Shown in pieces: positions 59,909-64,000 of a DNA stretch of 64,000 nucleotides. The notes below the pieces were generated by a model. The model ran no database searches. It had not been told where the DNA came from and worked only from the letters and a program-made list of their open reading frames with translations. Made by a program: the position numbers and the translations under genes. Each line of letters starts with the position of its first letter. The first letter of the stretch is position 1. Source of the stretch: Cetorhinus maximus (lineage: Eukaryota); assembly GCF_964194155.1 (NCBI RefSeq), contig NC_135891.1, positions 76,508,001 through 76,572,000 of the forward strand, read 5' to 3'.

Positions 59909-60879
59909 GTGAGATTGATAAACCTGTTGGGTTTGCAAAACAGCGACTTGTCTAACTAACTCGTTGTCTGCAATTAGTTTTCAGCAACTAAATTCCTTCT
60001 CCTTAACTAACATAAACGGCTCCCTGTACTGAAATCTCCTTAACGAGCTCTCTCCATCTAAGCTCTCATTAACTGTCAACTCGCCATTTGTCACTATGTA
60101 TTAATTCTGAGGATGGGGACCTTGTCTTGTTGTTGTGTTCTCTTTTCTAAATTGGGTGGCTTCCTTAATCTTATTGTCAACTGGTATGATTCTCTGGACC
60201 ATTTAACCTTTCCACTTAATTGTGTTTCATGGAAGCGGGTGGGGAGATATCAAGTTTTTTCCTGATCATTAAAGGAGATCTCAGAACCCACGTTTTCTTT
60301 TGGGCTTGGCAAAATATGGCGAGTTTGACGGCTGTTGTGCGACTGTCTGACAGACAGTCCAGGGGAAGTGCTACGATGAGTTGTGAATCTCGGGGAGGAG
60401 CGCCATGAGGACTACTGTGATATAACTTGATCTTTGGAAGTTGAATGTTTGGTGCTTTGGGTTAATTCTGATGTCATTACTAGCATCTGACCTTATATTC
60501 TCCCCTTCTAAAACAACACTACCTCAAACTCTATACACCAAAAGCAAAAGGCTTACATTTATGTAGCGGTCTTTCACAACCTCAGGGTGTTCCAAGGTGC
60601 TTTGGAATTGGAGTCACTGCTGTGATTTGTACATAGCAAGGTCCCACAGACATTGTGATAATGAACAAATCACACTGGCTATTACAGTTCACAAAGATTG
60701 CAAAAGGTAACTTTATGTGAGGAGAGCTATCTGGCCATTCTTGGTTCATTCACCTACAGCCCCTTTCCCCAATAACTTACTGTTGTAGGATGCACTATAT
60801 AAATATGACTACACTTCAAAAGTACTTTGTTGGCTGTAAAAATGCTTTGGCACTTCCTGAGGTCATGAAAGGGGCTATT

Positions 60880-61930
60880 AAATGAAAGACTTTATTTCTT
60901 TAACATAGTAAAATGTTCCAGGGTGCTTCACAGGAGCGCTAGTTAACAAAATTTGACACTGAACCACACGAAAAATATGAGGATGGGTAGACAAAAGCTT
61001 GGTCCAAGAGTTAGATTTTAAGGAACATTTTAAAGGACATTTAAAGAGGGAAGTAAAGAGATGGAGAAGTTTAGGAAATGAAATCCAGGCTGCTTGAAGA
61101 CACAGCAACCAATGTTGTAGTGATTATTTTAGAGATGTGCAAGAGGTCAGAAATCTTAAAGGTTGTAGGGCTGAAGGAGATTACGGAGATAAGGAGAGCC
61201 AAGGGCATGGAGGGATTGAAAACAAGGAGAATAATTTTTAAATGGGGGCACTGCTGGACTGGGAGGCAGTGTAGGTTAGGGAGCACAGGGATGATTGGTC
61301 AATATGACTTGGTGGGAGTTAGGACAAGGGCAGCAGAGTTTTTGTTGGTTTTACAGTATGGAAGATGGGAAGCTGGAATCGAGAGCATTGGAATAGTTGA
61401 GACTAGAGGTAACAGGGAGGGGCTGGGAGTTAATGGTCTTAAAGCTGGATGGAATATTTGCTTGGAAGCTGATCCAGGGAAATAGAATGGCAAAGTTGTC
61501 AGTGGTTTGGTTTGGACAGTAACGAAGTCAGTGGCTAGGGAACAGAATTTATGGCAGGGACTGAAGGCATTAGTTTTCCTTATTTAGTTGGAGGAAATGT
61601 CTGCTCATCCAGTATTGGATATTGAACAAATAGCATGAGACGTTAGAGACATTTGAGGGGTTGAGAATGTTGGGGTGAGGTAAAGCTGGGTGTTGTCAAT
61701 GTACATGTGGGACTTAACATTGTGTTTTTGGATGATGTCTATAAGGGGGCAGGATGTATTGAAAAATGGGAGGCAGTCAAGAGGTAATGGTACTGGATCA
61801 GGAAGAGAAGACATTGCAGGTGATTCTTGACTACGACTAGACAGATAGGAATGGATCCAAGTGAGGGATGTCTCGCCCAGCTGGAAGTCAGGAGACACAA
61901 CATTGTATGGCAGTCCACTTGGTTTACCAT
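60880..61930 (-). mobile_element. L2 LINE, decayed
   Basis: WIHSYLSSRSQ..HMYIDNTQLYL; LPNLHCLPVQQ..KIILLVF. Confidence 0.78.
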
Positions 61931-62509
61931 TTCCTCCGTGAGTCTTGGAGGTTTGTCGGGCAGAATCCTTTCAAAGCTGTGTTGAGTGTTGTTTACTCAT
62001 TTCTTGTTAGCCAGATAATTCTCAGGTTTAGTCCTGGCAGTCAATTCTATTAACTACAGTTTTTATTTGTTGTTTTGCTTTGTCTCTAGCTCTGCTTTTT
62101 CTAAGTGTCTTTATTAACTTCTCATTACCTTTTAACATCTTTCTGCATGTTCTGTAGTTGTTCCACTGAATTACTTTTCCCTGTTAGAAATGCAGAGGTA
62201 ATTTCTCCTCTTTATTTCACTTTTGTTGCTGTTCCTTAGTGTCATGCTTTTTTCATCTGAGCTTGCTGATCTTGAATATGTATCTATCCTGCATGCACAG
62301 CATAATTCATTTAAGGAATTCCCATTTATCCTCTACTGAAGTGTTGCTACTTCATCAAAAATACAATATAACATAGTACAAAGCTTTACAGACTGGGATC
62401 CACTTCTGATGGTCGCCCACATATCATGCTGCTGGGATATTCCAAAGTCCAGGTTGTTTGTGAATTGAAAGTTGATGTTTAAACATGAGTTTGGGGATTT
62501 TTTTTTGTT

Positions 62510-62810
62510 TGTTTATTCATTCATGGGATGTGGGCATCGCTGGCTGGGCCAGCATTTATTACCCATCCCTAAATGCCCTCGAGAAGGTGGTGGTGAGCTG
62601 CCTTCTTGAACCGCTGCAGTCCATATGTTGTAGGTACACCCATAGTGCTGTTAGGCAGGGAGTTCCAGGATTTTGACCCAGCGACAGTGAAGGGACAGCA
62701 ATATATTTCCTAGTCAGTGGCTTGGAGGGGAACTTGGAGGTGATGGTGGTGGTGTCTGATGCCTTTGTCCTAGGTAGTAGAAGTAGTGGGTTTGGAAGGT
62801 GCTGTCGAAA
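62510..62810 (-). mobile_element. CR1-group LINE (family A) 3' end
   Basis: tcattcatgggatgtgggcatcgctggctgggccagcatttattacccatccct tail. Confidence 0.85.
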
Positions 62811-63929
62811 TAAATCCTGTAGGGTTTTAGCTGGCATCTCCTAAAATGGAATCATGGAATGTAATTTCAGTAAAGTGTTTCTCTTTTGAATTACATTATC
62901 CCAGTTATCCCCAAAATTCCAACACATAACATGCACTTAAAAACAGGCACTGTGGTAAAGAACTAATTACAGTCAGTGACTGTAGATGGAATTAAAAACC
63001 ACCAAAGAAAACCAGTGTTTTTCACCACAGTAAAATTATCTTGGTCAGATCTGTTCATCCTTAACAGATAGGAAGGAGCAAATTAAAGATTGTAAAGTAT
63101 TTGTGTTGCTTGATATGAAGAAACCACAATACAACAGAAAAGCCTAAGCAGGCTATGAATTTGCAAACTTATTTTTCAAGAGTAGTTCAGAGCTTTCTCA
63201 TATTTTGGGTCTGGCCAAGAGGTCAGTGAGAACAAGAAGTCCTAGATCTCCATTAGTGCAGCTCTAAAATCCTTCTGTTCACCTTGTGAAGAATTCCCAA
63301 ACTTGGCCATTCTCATAACACCATCCCTCATTTACATATGAGTGAGCGCAGGAGTGAAGCAATCATTCCCTGACCCATCACTTGGTATTGTGACTTTAGT
63401 TTGAAGTTCAAACAGATTACCTTGACAAACGCTGGACTGTCAATACCAGCAAATGTGTCATTCTTAAACTGTCTCAATGGCTTATTGAGAAAATGTGTAT
63501 ACAGCTTAGGATGGTCTGTGTAGTTTCCTCTATACTGTGTTACAATTCAATCCAGTGTGGGAAACCTGGCTGATATAATTTTTTTTTCCCCTCACTGTCA
63601 AACCACCTGTGATCGGCCAACAGCAGGTGCAGGATTTCAAAAGTAAAATAAAATTGCCATACCTTGGCTGAGGCAGAGTTCTAGTCAGTTCCGGGTTTAG
63701 GAGGTGAGCACAACAGCGTGACCGTGAAGGAGGATGATTAAAATATTTTGAAACAATGAGTGCTTGGCAGCTTTCCCAGGACTGCGTAGCTGATATTAGC
63801 AGTGCATTGCTGGGAGTATCTTGAGTGCTTTCTATTACGAGATAACTAGCTCATTGGCAAAAGGCATTCATCTGTGCACTTCCAGCTCTATTTGTTGGCT
63901 TGCAGTACAACTCAAACCTAGTTGTACAA

Positions 63930-64000
63930 TTAGGAGTAGGAGTAGGCCACTTGGTCCCTCGAGCCTGTTCCGCCATTTGATAAGATCATGGCTGATCTGA
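63930..64000 (-). mobile_element. CR1 (family B) 3' UTR tip
   Basis: aggagtaggcc..cctcgagcctgttccgccatt..atcatggctgatc, as at 10370 and 44835. Confidence 0.7.

Noticed and set aside
59909-64000. Calreticulin exon 2
   Set aside because: No W..RW..S or F..TAGKFYGD-like coding segment was found by eye; it presumably lies beyond the window

Overview
Vertebrate nuclear DNA, very probably from a cartilaginous fish (inferred from the CR1/L2/DeuSINE/Penelope-type repeat complement and the protein style). It is intron-rich and largely occupied by decayed transposable elements. Three protein-coding genes can be spliced by eye. (1) A complete 6-exon RING/B-box/B-box/coiled-coil/PRY-SPRY TRIM gene on + (3533-26406, 536 aa by my exon arithmetic). 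(2) A complete C19orf44 orthologue on - (8 coding exons, 50977-35362, 696 aa), with a CpG-rich promoter and non-coding first exon near 53.05-53.25 kb. (3) Exon 1 of a calreticulin on + (59824-59908), head-to-head with C19orf44 and therefore CALR3 by synteny. Most short ORFs in the track are LINE fragments or antisense shadows. The most interesting hidden signals are: a dispersed family of short Penelope-type elements carrying minimal hammerhead-ribozyme motifs (all copies here are degenerate); a ~650-695 bp Harbinger-like MITE family with 3-bp TSDs; a templated copy of the TRIM C-terminus pasted inside a SINE; a SINE tail that forms a TRIM splice acceptor; and a tandem array of RFX X-box-like motifs at the C19orf44 start. 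No CRISPR array, rRNA or true tRNA gene was seen, and I cannot demonstrate a wholly new system from sequence alone. TE boundaries are approximate unless a TSD is quoted.
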